Positions 1 through 8,677 of a stretch of DNA of 64,000 bases are shown here, piece by piece. Source of the DNA: a virus (lineage: Duplodnaviria; Caudoviricetes); the IMG/VR virus record IMGVR_UViG_3300032373_000006, positions 3,739 to 67,738 of that record. One strand, given 5' to 3'. The translations under genes were made by a program, and so were the position numbers. How positions within the stretch are numbered: position 1 is the first letter of the stretch; every line of letters starts with the position of its first letter. The notes under the pieces were generated by a model. The model was not told the origin of the DNA. It saw nothing but the letters and a program-made list of their open reading frames with translations, and searched no databases.

Positions 1-426
1 CCACATGAACTCACCTTCTTTGTCAGACAGATTGTTGAAGGCGATGAAATCAGAGGTATTACTTCCGGCTGTTCTTGACAACTCGACATCTTTACCAATC
101 AGAGTAGATCGGTTATGATATTTGTGCTGGAGATAAGCTTCCTTGGCTTTCTCAAGGTAGCTGATGCCTTTCATCACGTCTTGAACACCGTTCTTGCCTT
201 TCCACCTTGTGATGTACTTAGTGGCAGCGGCCTCGAGATAACCGAGACTGATATCTATGCACCAGTCCCAGTGCTGATAGTTATTCTTGGCTTTGTAGTG
301 ATCGCCTCCGACTTGCTGAACAGTGTTGAGGTCCTTGGGTTCGCATCCGCAACGGCACTGACCGTTTGAATCCCAGTTCTGCAGATTACAAACTGGACAT
401 GTGAAGACTTCTCTATCGTGTGACAT
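1..426 (-). CDS. DUF3310-family protein (T7 gp1.7-like putative nucleotide kinase), 3' end truncated by window edge
   Basis: Not in ORF track. Manual translation from ATG at 426 (TGATG overlap) is open to position 1: MSHDREVFTCPVC...QQVGGDHYK..YQHWDW..LGYLEAAATKYITRWKGKNGVQDVMKGISYLEK, the DUF3310 pattern. Confidence 0.8.
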   Translation of the reverse strand, partial: MSHDREVFTCPVCNLQNWDSNGQCRCGCEPKDLNTVQQVGGDHYKAKNNYQHWDWCIDISLGYLEAAATKYITRWKGKNGVQDVMKGISYLEKAKEAYLQHKYHNRSTLIGKDVELSRTAGSNTSDFIAFNNLSDKEGEFMW

Positions 427-663
427 CAGCCGTGGTCCTCCAACTTCTTTCTGAGATCAGCAGCCAAGAGAGGATATTCATCTTGGCAAGCGTCAGCATA
501 AGCAGTCAATGCAGCGGCGGCAAATGGATCGTGATCTATATCAATAACGAAATAGTCGCACCCTTCGTGCTTACAACCCATTGCAGATTGCCCATCAATG
601 CGTTCTACATAGAATTTTTCGTATGTACCTCGTGTCTTATCGCCCATCAGCCGTGGTCCTCCA
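424..663. repeat. 19-bp perfect direct repeat CATCAGCCGTGGTCCTCCA at 424-442 and 645-663, flanking the 73-aa gene
   Basis: Read directly. On the minus strand TGGAGGACCACGGCTGATG combines SD, codons EDHG, stop and next start. Confidence 0.95.
426..647 (-). CDS. Conserved hypothetical phage protein (73 aa)
   Basis: ORF MGDKTRGTYEKF...KLEDHG; start moved to 647 (GGAGGA SD plus TGATG overlap). Confidence 0.7.
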   Translation of the reverse strand: MGDKTRGTYEKFYVERIDGQSAMGCKHEGCDYFVIDIDHDPFAAAALTAYADACQDEYPLLAADLRKKLEDHG

Positions 664-1207
664 TGTCTGGCATCGTTTGCCAATCGTGATCTTTGATAGC
701 GTAGTACGTATCAACGATCTCCCTTGGGTAGTTCGCAGCATGACGAGGAATGAACTTCTCGACGTACCGCATTTGCGTTTCCACTGTACGATTGCCGAGC
801 ATGATCTGATCTTTGCACCAACAGTAGAACTCCAGCATGTCAAGACCGTGAAGCCATTCGTGCTCTTCTGGAGTTAAGAGCGGCTGGCTCTCAATGCCAA
901 AGACTTGAGTATTCAAGAAAGCTTCAATAGCCGCCTGACGATCTTTGTTGAGCAGCCCCATTGCCTTCGCAGGATGAGACATGTCAGATGTCAGGCGTTC
1001 TGGGAGGTCGTGCTCATGGATAGCCCAAATGAGACACGTACCTGCATCTGGATACAAGATCCGCAACATAGACAGCATGTTGTGTTGATGCATCCCGACA
1101 TAGTATGGGAGAGGAGCGGCGGTAGCATGAACCCGATGGACATGCGCCGCCTCGCGTGCAAACTTAATCCGATCAATCGGGTCGTCAATTTTATAAGGAT
1201 CTTTCAT
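647..1207 (-). CDS. HD-domain 5'-deoxynucleotidase (YfbR-like)
   Basis: Motifs R-x-H, VGMH, IHEHDLPERLTSD; ATGA overlap with upstream gene; nucleotide-metabolism context. Confidence 0.75.
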   Translation of the reverse strand: MKDPYKIDDPIDRIKFAREAAHVHRVHATAAPLPYYVGMHQHNMLSMLRILYPDAGTCLIWAIHEHDLPERLTSDMSHPAKAMGLLNKDRQAAIEAFLNTQVFGIESQPLLTPEEHEWLHGLDMLEFYCWCKDQIMLGNRTVETQMRYVEKFIPRHAANYPREIVDTYYAIKDHDWQTMPDMEDHG

Positions 1208-2229
1208 GACCGACGCTCCAGCCATTCCATACATGCGCGACGCCAGTCTGTCGCAGAGATGTTGTCCGCATGGTTGAGGGCATTCTCAGCATAATCACCA
1301 TTCTCACGGTCTTTCCACGCTTCCCACGCCTGATGCATCGGCACGGCCACCTTCTTGAAGAACGGGTCACGAAGCCCAATGATAGGCCCTTCATCCATGA
1401 ACATCTGCAGATCTTGGAACCAATCATTGATAGGAGTGTTCACGATAGGGAAGGATTCAACTTCCCCAAGCGAGTAAGGATCGTGCCCTGGAGTATGGCT
1501 GCGGATACCATCGTGCTTATCAAGTGTGGACTTGTAGCCATGGAAGTTGGTGGATATCTGGTGGTAGGAACCGAGTGGAACTCCGACCCATGCCGCCATG
1601 ACTTCTTGCAGCATTGAGAAATGAACCGCGTTGGCACCATAGGCACCCCAGATCATATCGTTGCTGCGATTGAACACTGTCATATCCAGCTTGCCGTATG
1701 GATTGATCCTGAACGTGGCGATCAAGTTGCATGGAAAATCTTTGCCATCCAGACCAAGGTCAGCTTCTGTGTCCCACATTTGCAGCACGATCCGGCGGTC
1801 ATCTTGGTTCTTAGTGAGCAACTCTGCGATTGTTGCAAGCTGATCAATGACACCGATTTCACGGCTGATGCCATCGTGAGTGTACTCACGTTCTTGAAAG
1901 TGGTTGCGCCAGCGATAGCCGTAGGCACCATGGAATGTGACACCGTCATCGCTGTAGTTCGCAATGTTTGAGGAGTAGGTCGCTGGGAACTCAACATCGT
2001 TGCGGCCAGAGATCATCCAAAGACTTTCCATGAAATGAAAGAACGGGTTGCAATCACGCTCTTCAAAGAACATCACCCGTTGGTCAGGATACATATACTC
2101 TGTGCTGACAGGCTCAGAGAAAACTTTGACTGGGCCGTTGCGAGAGTCTCTGTTGACCCCACGCTGATGCAGTGACTCCAGCCCAATGAGCATGGCCTCG
2201 CTGACATTTTTCGCTTTGATGAGAATCAT
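1204..2229 (-). CDS. Thymidylate synthase homologue, likely dUMP hydroxymethyltransferase
   Basis: Catalytic PC (DFPCN) and RSNDMIWGAYGANAVHFS, with Asn at the position that gives dUMP (not dCMP) specificity; neighbours are hypermodification genes. Confidence 0.85.
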   Translation of the reverse strand: MILIKAKNVSEAMLIGLESLHQRGVNRDSRNGPVKVFSEPVSTEYMYPDQRVMFFEERDCNPFFHFMESLWMISGRNDVEFPATYSSNIANYSDDGVTFHGAYGYRWRNHFQEREYTHDGISREIGVIDQLATIAELLTKNQDDRRIVLQMWDTEADLGLDGKDFPCNLIATFRINPYGKLDMTVFNRSNDMIWGAYGANAVHFSMLQEVMAAWVGVPLGSYHQISTNFHGYKSTLDKHDGIRSHTPGHDPYSLGEVESFPIVNTPINDWFQDLQMFMDEGPIIGLRDPFFKKVAVPMHQAWEAWKDRENGDYAENALNHADNISATDWRRACMEWLERRS

Positions 2230-3506
2230 ACAAGAACTCCATATTGTTCAAACATCAGATCTTCGTACTTGTTCCAAACATTTGGATCAACTTCCCCGAC
2301 CTGTGTTTCTGCGTTTCCATTTGCTAAGTCAATGACATGCTGTGCCACAACCTTGCGATCAAACATACCAAGGATATCATGAGCATTGTCACGATACTCG
2401 GTTGCCTCAACATCAGGCATGTTGCTTGCGCCGATAATGATATCAGCATAGTCTTGAGCATCACGCGCTTCGCCGAGGTCCACATAGTGTACGCCAGCCT
2501 TGAACAGTTCGTCGCCCATGCCGCGCCGTTGGGCTACTGGGATAGCGCCGCGAATCATGGCATCAACCGCAACCCTGTTCCAGTGACCACCGACTTTGCT
2601 GTACTTGGCAGACCAAGAAGGATCAACCAAGAGGCGAGACATCTCCAGCCAATCATCAACCTCATCGTTGGACCAGTAATCGTGATACTTCATTCCATTG
2701 TCGATTGCGACGTCAAAGAACTTGCGACCTTCAAAGCGGCTTTCACTGCTGTGGAAATATTGAGGTTTGCATTTGTCTTCGCTGGTCATGTACTGATATT
2801 CAATGCCGCGACCAGCAACCTCACGTAGCTCGCCAATAGCTTTCGGCGGCATGTATGCGATAGCTTCAACCAACTCATGGACATGCTTCCAAGCCTTGAA
2901 GGTTTGCATGTTCACGAAGCCATCGTTCTTGTCATCCCAGTCCATGATGGTACGAATAGGACGATACTGTGGGTTGACAACCAATGCGCGAGGAACTGGT
3001 ATGTGAGCAGCACCATTGAGAGCGCAGGCGTGGACGCAGGCCAGCCCAGACAGTTTGTCAGCGATGTGATAAAGGTGTGGAGCGCCGCTTTTGCAGTTGC
3101 CATCGTGAATGAAAGCGATCTGCTTCACATCTTCGTTGAGGTCGTAGAGTTCAGGCCACTTGTTATTGCCGAGATGGTTCTTGTTCTTTGGCACCACTGG
3201 AACAGTCCAGATAACCATGTCATAATCGTTAAGGATTTGTTTTGCGCCAACAAGACCAGCATTTGTTTTGTATGCGAGGCGATTGTTTGCTGGGAAATTC
3301 CAGCCCTTGCCTTGATCGTAGGGAATTCCACTTGGGCCGTATTCAAAATTTCCCGTTTTGTTTTGCTGACCCGCCCTGTCCGCGTAAACCATTTCAAATA
3401 GGGTGACAGAATGACCTAGTTCTTGGAGGCCTCCGATCAATTGCTCAGTGTGATTGATAATTCCACCGAGGTCCATGCAAGCATGGAAAGCAACACATAT
3501 CTTCAT
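2226..3506 (-). CDS. GT-B fold glycosyltransferase, candidate DNA-base glycosyltransferase
   Basis: N-terminal MKICVAFH..LGGIINHTEQLIGGLQELGHSV and C-terminal LLVDPS...RVAVDAMIRGAIPVA, as in GT4/group-1 enzymes; start at 3506 with GGAG SD. Confidence 0.75.
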   Translation of the reverse strand: MKICVAFHACMDLGGIINHTEQLIGGLQELGHSVTLFEMVYADRAGQQNKTGNFEYGPSGIPYDQGKGWNFPANNRLAYKTNAGLVGAKQILNDYDMVIWTVPVVPKNKNHLGNNKWPELYDLNEDVKQIAFIHDGNCKSGAPHLYHIADKLSGLACVHACALNGAAHIPVPRALVVNPQYRPIRTIMDWDDKNDGFVNMQTFKAWKHVHELVEAIAYMPPKAIGELREVAGRGIEYQYMTSEDKCKPQYFHSSESRFEGRKFFDVAIDNGMKYHDYWSNDEVDDWLEMSRLLVDPSWSAKYSKVGGHWNRVAVDAMIRGAIPVAQRRGMGDELFKAGVHYVDLGEARDAQDYADIIIGASNMPDVEATEYRDNAHDILGMFDRKVVAQHVIDLANGNAETQVGEVDPNVWNKYEDLMFEQYGVLV

Positions 3507-3534
3507 TATAAATCTCCAGTATGTAGCAAGCCCC

Positions 3535-3563
3535 ACCATATAGGCAGGGCTGGCAAAAGACAA
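3535..3563 (-). promoter_or_regulatory. sigma70-like promoter TTGTCT-N17-TATGGT upstream of the glycosyltransferase
   Basis: Matches the phage-wide consensus with exact 17-bp spacing. Confidence 0.6.
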
Positions 3564-3764
3564 CTATCGTTTTATCTTGTCAGTAAAAATAGTTGCCAAC
3601 ATAATGATCGGGATGAAACCAGCAAAAACAAAACCGAAGAAACAAACCATCAGACTGATCCGTGGCTTTTTCTTCAGCTTTACCTCACGAGAGTACCATT
3701 CAAGGAACATCATGAACCAAGCGAGCCAATAAAGTAGAACCCAGAATGCCCAACTAGGGAGCAT
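3564..3764 (-). CDS. Small membrane protein (66 aa, two hydrophobic segments)
   Basis: MLPSWAFWVLLYWLAWFMM...; the longer ORF-track version is a shadow of 3754..4662. Confidence 0.55.
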   Translation of the reverse strand: MLPSWAFWVLLYWLAWFMMFLEWYSREVKLKKKPRISLMVCFFGFVFAGFIPIIMLATIFTDKIKR

Positions 3765-4662
3765 GATACTTACTCCTCGGCTTTCCCTGCCCAAGACGAA
3801 CACGCTCGTACTTGTCGAACTCACAGAGACCGAACTGGATATCGGTAGGCGACAGGTGGAATTCGTGCCCAAACAAGAGCTCATGAATCTGGTACAGAGT
3901 TGAGATGATCTCAGTCGCTTGGTCATTCTTGAGAGGCTTGGCTGTCTCGTCACCAGACACCCTCGCAGCGCCACGCAAAGCTCCCGGACCGATAGGTGTC
4001 CAGATCTCCCAGTCGGCTGGGAACGTGAATGCATCTTCGTTGGGTTGCTCAGAGTAGTTTCGCCAGAAGCCTGTGTAGGTCGTGTCAAGAAGGACTTCCT
4101 TGGTCATGAACCCAGTGCCACCAAAGCCTTTGATGTTCTTCATCATGTATTGAGAAGTTTCAAACCACGATTGTGAGGTCTGAGAAATTCTCACGACTTC
4201 GGGAATATGCTTCTGTAGACCCTTGAGGAAGTGATCGACCACCACTTCTTGCTTCGGAGCAGAGATACCTTGGTTCGTAATGACGTAGGCTCCCGTGAAT
4301 ACCCTTTCCCTGTTAAAGAGTCTGTCGGCGGCTGTATCTTTGACGAACTCCCAGTGGTCTTCATCCATGTCTCCGAAGTTTGTCCACCCAATAGCATCGG
4401 CGAACTCGTATGTACCAAAGTAGCGATACGTGGCGCAGTTCATCAGGATACTGCGACGGTCGTCGTTGAAGTGTTCTTTGTAGAACATCTCTCGCAGACG
4501 TGTGCTGGTCTTATCGTGATGACGACGAACGTTGGTGAATTTATAAGTCCGAAGAATCTCGTCCTCGGTCCACGGAAAGAAATCGCCCGCCTCCTTCCGG
4601 AGACGGACGTTCTCGCGTTCTGTCAGATAGTCGAAGAACGCATTGGCACAAGCGAGCGACAT
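3754..4662 (-). CDS. aGPT-Pplase1 / 5-hmdU DNA kinase helical-domain family protein
   Basis: Signature ER..R..G..PWTEDEILRTYKFTNVRR.HDKT and HhH-like GFGGTGFM...; located in the T-modification cluster. Confidence 0.75.
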   Translation of the reverse strand: MSLACANAFFDYLTERENVRLRKEAGDFFPWTEDEILRTYKFTNVRRHHDKTSTRLREMFYKEHFNDDRRSILMNCATYRYFGTYEFADAIGWTNFGDMDEDHWEFVKDTAADRLFNRERVFTGAYVITNQGISAPKQEVVVDHFLKGLQKHIPEVVRISQTSQSWFETSQYMMKNIKGFGGTGFMTKEVLLDTTYTGFWRNYSEQPNEDAFTFPADWEIWTPIGPGALRGAARVSGDETAKPLKNDQATEIISTLYQIHELLFGHEFHLSPTDIQFGLCEFDKYERVRLGQGKPRSKYHAP

Positions 4663-5390
4663 TACGCCGCGTCCTGAGCAGCTTTCGCTTTTGCAGCCTT
4701 GGCAGCTTCTTTCTCTGCCTTGGCCTTCTCGCGCTCGGCGGCCTTTTCAGCTTTGGCCTTCTCGCGCTCAGCTTTCTTGGCTTCACGCTCTGCAGCCCGC
4801 TTCTCTTTGTCGGCTTCGCGTTGCTTTGCAGCTTCGATCTTCGCAACAAACGGGTCGACGCGGCCAGACTTCTCGTACCATGCAGCACGACGCTCGGCGT
4901 ATTCTGCATCGGTTGGGTCGGTGACCGATACGTAGCCTGCCTTCTCCCAGTTGTAGATGTCCCAAGGCAGAGTGCCTTCGCCTTCAATCGCATCGATGAT
5001 CATCATGCCATCTTTGTAATTGCCGGAACGGTGGTTGCGCTCTTCTTCGCCATCAAAAGGCTTGATGATTTTCATCACAGCAAACATCTTGCGAGTCGGA
5101 CGCTTTACATGCTGCGCCTCTGCAGGCTTCGCCAGCTTGCGTTCCTTGGGTTCGGCCTTTGGCTTCGCCTTTGGCTTTTCGCCAGAACCAGCAGCAGCCG
5201 AGGATTCGAATTTCTCGAGCGCCTTCATCGTCTGCGCAACAGCAGTATCGTGGTCTTTGAAAGTTTTGACTGCGGCAACTCCGAGGTCTTTTGCAACTTG
5301 GTTGCGAAGGTCAAGCAGATCAGCTTCTGACATGCCTTTGAGGTCGGCCAGTGCATAAGAGTGACCGCCGTATTCGATTTCTTTGTCCAT
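4662..5390 (-). CDS. Hypothetical protein with Lys/Ala/Glu-rich repetitive C-terminus
   Basis: Start MDKEI with GGAG SD; AEREKAKAEK repeated; TAATG overlap with downstream gene. Confidence 0.7.
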   Translation of the reverse strand: MDKEIEYGGHSYALADLKGMSEADLLDLRNQVAKDLGVAAVKTFKDHDTAVAQTMKALEKFESSAAAGSGEKPKAKPKAEPKERKLAKPAEAQHVKRPTRKMFAVMKIIKPFDGEEERNHRSGNYKDGMMIIDAIEGEGTLPWDIYNWEKAGYVSVTDPTDAEYAERRAAWYEKSGRVDPFVAKIEAAKQREADKEKRAAEREAKKAEREKAKAEKAAEREKAKAEKEAAKAAKAKAAQDAA

Positions 5391-5446
5391 GAGTATCTCC
5401 GATTTTCTACGATATATGTGGCTCACTACTTGCGGCCAGTGTTAGA

Positions 5447-5475
5447 ACTGTACCCTGTCGACACACCGGACGCAA
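5447..5475 (-). promoter_or_regulatory. sigma70-like promoter TTGCGT-N17-TACAGT
   Basis: Box spacing read from sequence. Confidence 0.5.
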
Positions 5476-5502
5476 GCAGTATTTGTCTTGTATCAGAACT
5501 TT

Positions 5503-7329
5503 TTAGTCTTCGGCACAAGCACCAGTGCGTTGACCAGTTTCTGGATCCCAGCCACAAGCCGCCTCGTCCTGCTCCATCTTTACTTCTTTACGAGCAGATT
5601 GAATTGGTTCGTCGTATTTCCCAGCAGGACGGTAGGTCGTGCAGCCTTTTGCCCCGCCTTCGAAGGCTTTCAGGTATAGACCCTTGAAGTCATCAAAGCT
5701 GGTGTTGGTCGGAACGTTGACTGTCTTTGAACAAGCCGAATCAATACTGAGTTGAGCAGTGCAGAGAACACCAATATGCTCATCAGGAGTGATACCGCCA
5801 TCCATGACAGTACGACCGTGAACGCCAAGATACTCAGCGCCATAGTCAGGAACTGTCACGATGCGGTGACCTCCAGGAACAATGATACGGCGAGACTGTT
5901 CATAGTCAAGAACAGGCTCGATACCCGAGGAGATATTGTCAGCGCCGAACGAGATTGAACCAGTCGGTGCGATAGATGACAAGTGGCTGTTGCGGATACC
6001 GTACTTGCGGATCATGTCTTGGGTTTCACCCCAAAGAGTTTGAATGAACTTGCCCGCCATGTAGCGATCTTCATCATACAGCGGGAAGCTACCTTTTTCA
6101 GCGGCTAGTTTCGCAGAGGCTTGATACAGTTTGTTTGTGACGAACTCCATGATCTCGTTTTGGGCGTTCAGAAATCCATCAGTACCGTAAGGATGACCCA
6201 TTGCTTCGAGAGCATTTGCGACTCCAGTGTGACCGAGGCCCATGCGACGCTTGCGAGTTGCTTCCAGCTTTTGCTGAGGGAGAGGGTAACGGCTCCGATC
6301 AACGACGTTGTCCATGGCGCGGACCACGTGTGGAATATCGACTTCCAGCTGAGCAAAATCAAACGAGTACTTACCTTCGGCATCTTTGATCAGGTACTTT
6401 ACCCAGTTGAATGAACCCAAGAGGCAGGCACCATACGGAGGCAGAGGCTGTTCGCCGCAAGGATTTGTAGCTGCGATTGTTTCGCAGTAATACAGATTGT
6501 TCATCTCGTTGATCTTGTCGATAAACAGAACTCCGGGTTCGGCCCAATCATAGGTGCCGCGCATGATCATGTCCCAGAGTGCATGTGGATCGACTTCGCG
6601 GTATACCCTGCCACCGAACTGCAACGGGAAAGGCTTGCCGCTTGCGAGGCATTCCATGAACTTGTCAGTGATTCCAACAGAAAGGTTGAATCCACGCAAT
6701 GGGCGCATCTCCCAAGGGATGCCATCGTCGGAGACTTGCTTGGCGCGGATGAACGCCTCGATGTCGGGGTGGTCAACCCGCATTACAAGCATCTGTGCGC
6801 CCCGACGGTTGCCCGCTGAGGACGTCGCTTTACACACTGCGTCATATATGGGCGCAAACGCAAGTGGACCGTCTGTGGTGCTCTGTACGCCGCGTATCAG
6901 GTCGCCAGATGGGCGCAACGTGCTGATGTCATAACCCACCCCGCCACCTTGCCGCATGGTGATCGCTGCGTTTCTAGCGGTATCCATAATTGACAAGGGA
7001 GGGTGCATACCGACTGGCAGATTTGCGATTTCATATGCAGTCGGACCATCGGTGAAACTGTCATGAATGGTTGCCATGACAAAGCAGTTGTAGAGGGTTA
7101 CATTCTTCAGCGAACCAGCGCCAGCTTGCACTCTTCCTGGAGGCATGAACCGTTGGCGAAGGCTGATCTCGCGGAACGCCATATAGTGTTCGTGGTCATC
7201 TTGTAAAAAGCCTGACCATCTGTTTGCGGCTTCACGGAAATTCTCATTCTCGCCACGGTGCTTCTCAGCATGAACCAGATCACAGTCTGGATTTTGGGGA
7301 CCGTACATACGTCTCTCCTGATTTCTCAT
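5503..7329 (-). CDS. nrdJ: Ribonucleotide reductase, class II (adenosylcobalamin-dependent)
   Basis: PGRVQAGAG..NCFV, TNPCGEQPL, SIAPTGSIS, GCTTYR motifs; no small (beta) subunit in the window. Start is 7329 or 7308. Confidence 0.85.
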   Translation of the reverse strand: MRNQERRMYGPQNPDCDLVHAEKHRGENENFREAANRWSGFLQDDHEHYMAFREISLRQRFMPPGRVQAGAGSLKNVTLYNCFVMATIHDSFTDGPTAYEIANLPVGMHPPLSIMDTARNAAITMRQGGGVGYDISTLRPSGDLIRGVQSTTDGPLAFAPIYDAVCKATSSAGNRRGAQMLVMRVDHPDIEAFIRAKQVSDDGIPWEMRPLRGFNLSVGITDKFMECLASGKPFPLQFGGRVYREVDPHALWDMIMRGTYDWAEPGVLFIDKINEMNNLYYCETIAATNPCGEQPLPPYGACLLGSFNWVKYLIKDAEGKYSFDFAQLEVDIPHVVRAMDNVVDRSRYPLPQQKLEATRKRRMGLGHTGVANALEAMGHPYGTDGFLNAQNEIMEFVTNKLYQASAKLAAEKGSFPLYDEDRYMAGKFIQTLWGETQDMIRKYGIRNSHLSSIAPTGSISFGADNISSGIEPVLDYEQSRRIIVPGGHRIVTVPDYGAEYLGVHGRTVMDGGITPDEHIGVLCTAQLSIDSACSKTVNVPTNTSFDDFKGLYLKAFEGGAKGCTTYRPAGKYDEPIQSARKEVKMEQDEAACGWDPETGQRTGACAED

Positions 7330-7336
7330 TTTGTTC

Positions 7337-8587
7337 CTACTCATGCATATCAACAACTGTGACTTTCTCAGCTGCTCTGGTTATAGCGGTATAGAGCCAT
7401 CGCTGGCGATCTTTCTTGCGGCCCCAACTTTCATCAAAAACAGCAACAGAGTTCCATTGCGAACCCTGAGACTTATGAACAGTCAGTGCGTAGCCAAAGT
7501 CAAATTCTTGACCTTCGTTGCGTAGCCAGTATTGAGTATTTAGTTCTTCGCTTCGTCCTAAGAAGTGTTGCTCAAGTGCGCCGACATCTACATCGCCTTT
7601 TGTTGGGTCGTCTGTTGAGCGTACAGTCATGTGGACCTTACCGTCCATTACACCATCTACACTGGTGACATCGAACAGTGCGCCGTTTAGCAACCCTAGC
7701 TCAGTGTTGTTGCGCAGGCAAACCAAACGGTCTGAGACTACAGGATACTCATCATTATAATTCAAGAACTGTCGCATCCGTTTGTTCATGGCGTGGCGAG
7801 TTCTGTTCTTACCAACAAGCAACTGATCAAACGCCATCACCTCTTCCTGTGGAAGCTTCGTGCCGTAAGGATGAACGAACGAGCCATCACCCCAATCGCC
7901 TATAGTTAAACCTCTACCCTCACGAACATCAGTAGCCATTCTCAACACTGGGCTTTCTTTGGCCTGCCTGTGAATTTCGTCTAGCATGACGTCAGGAGTT
8001 ACGTTTTCTGTGAAGTACCCAGCGGACCCAACTGGAGGGAGCTGAGCAGGATCACCCAAGACAAGAACAGGCGTACCGAATGATAAGAGATCCTGCCCCA
8101 TCTGGGCATCAACCATAGAACATTCATCAATGACGAGCATGTCTAGGTCTTTGACTTCGCTTTCTTTGTTCAAGATGAACATTGGCTGGTTGACATTCTG
8201 GATCTCATCCTGAATATCAATCTTTAACCTGCGTACTATCGGGTGATTGAAAATATACTCTTCGTCCATATCTTGAAGAGACACGAGGAGTTCTGCCAGT
8301 TCTTTTTGCAGATCTTCAAGTCGTGACTTACTCTTGTCTCGGCTACGGTATATAAGCGAGTGTATCGTGGATGCATTCTCGCATCCTTTTGTTTGCAAGA
8401 CGTGTGCAGCTTTACCAGTGTAAGCGGCGAACTTGACGTTACCACCGATACCTTCTGCGATGTGCTTTGCGAGTGTGGTTTTTCCGGTGCCAGCATACCC
8501 AAAGAAGTGGAACACCTGCTTGTCGCCAAAATTGTACCAGTCGTTGACAGCTTTCAGGGCTGCATCCTGTTTAGGGTCAAACTTCAT
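7337..8587 (-). CDS. SF1B RecD2/Dda-like ATP-dependent DNA helicase
   Basis: GYAGTGKT Walker A, VIDECSMV, GDPAQLPPV, YALTVHKSQGSQW, LYTAITRA. Confidence 0.9.
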   Translation of the reverse strand: MKFDPKQDAALKAVNDWYNFGDKQVFHFFGYAGTGKTTLAKHIAEGIGGNVKFAAYTGKAAHVLQTKGCENASTIHSLIYRSRDKSKSRLEDLQKELAELLVSLQDMDEEYIFNHPIVRRLKIDIQDEIQNVNQPMFILNKESEVKDLDMLVIDECSMVDAQMGQDLLSFGTPVLVLGDPAQLPPVGSAGYFTENVTPDVMLDEIHRQAKESPVLRMATDVREGRGLTIGDWGDGSFVHPYGTKLPQEEVMAFDQLLVGKNRTRHAMNKRMRQFLNYNDEYPVVSDRLVCLRNNTELGLLNGALFDVTSVDGVMDGKVHMTVRSTDDPTKGDVDVGALEQHFLGRSEELNTQYWLRNEGQEFDFGYALTVHKSQGSQWNSVAVFDESWGRKKDRQRWLYTAITRAAEKVTVVDMHE

Positions 8588-8604
8588 GATGCCTCCGATA
8601 TAAT

Positions 8605-8654
8605 GAGCAGACAACCGCTTCGCTAACGCCCGAAAACTAGGCGGCTGTCTGCTC
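8605..8654 (-). other. 14-bp stem-loop between SSB and helicase genes
   Basis: GAGCAGACAGCCGC ... GCGGTTGTCTGCTC (one G-U pair), with a small inner hairpin. Confidence 0.7.
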
Positions 8655-8677
8655 TCCACGTTCCAGAACTGGAGGTA

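Noticed and set aside
1204-2229. Calling this gene thyA or a dCMP hydroxymethylase
   Set aside because: Asn at the specificity position argues against dCMP. The GT and aGPT-Pplase1 neighbours favour hydroxymethylation over plain dTMP synthesis, so no symbol was given.
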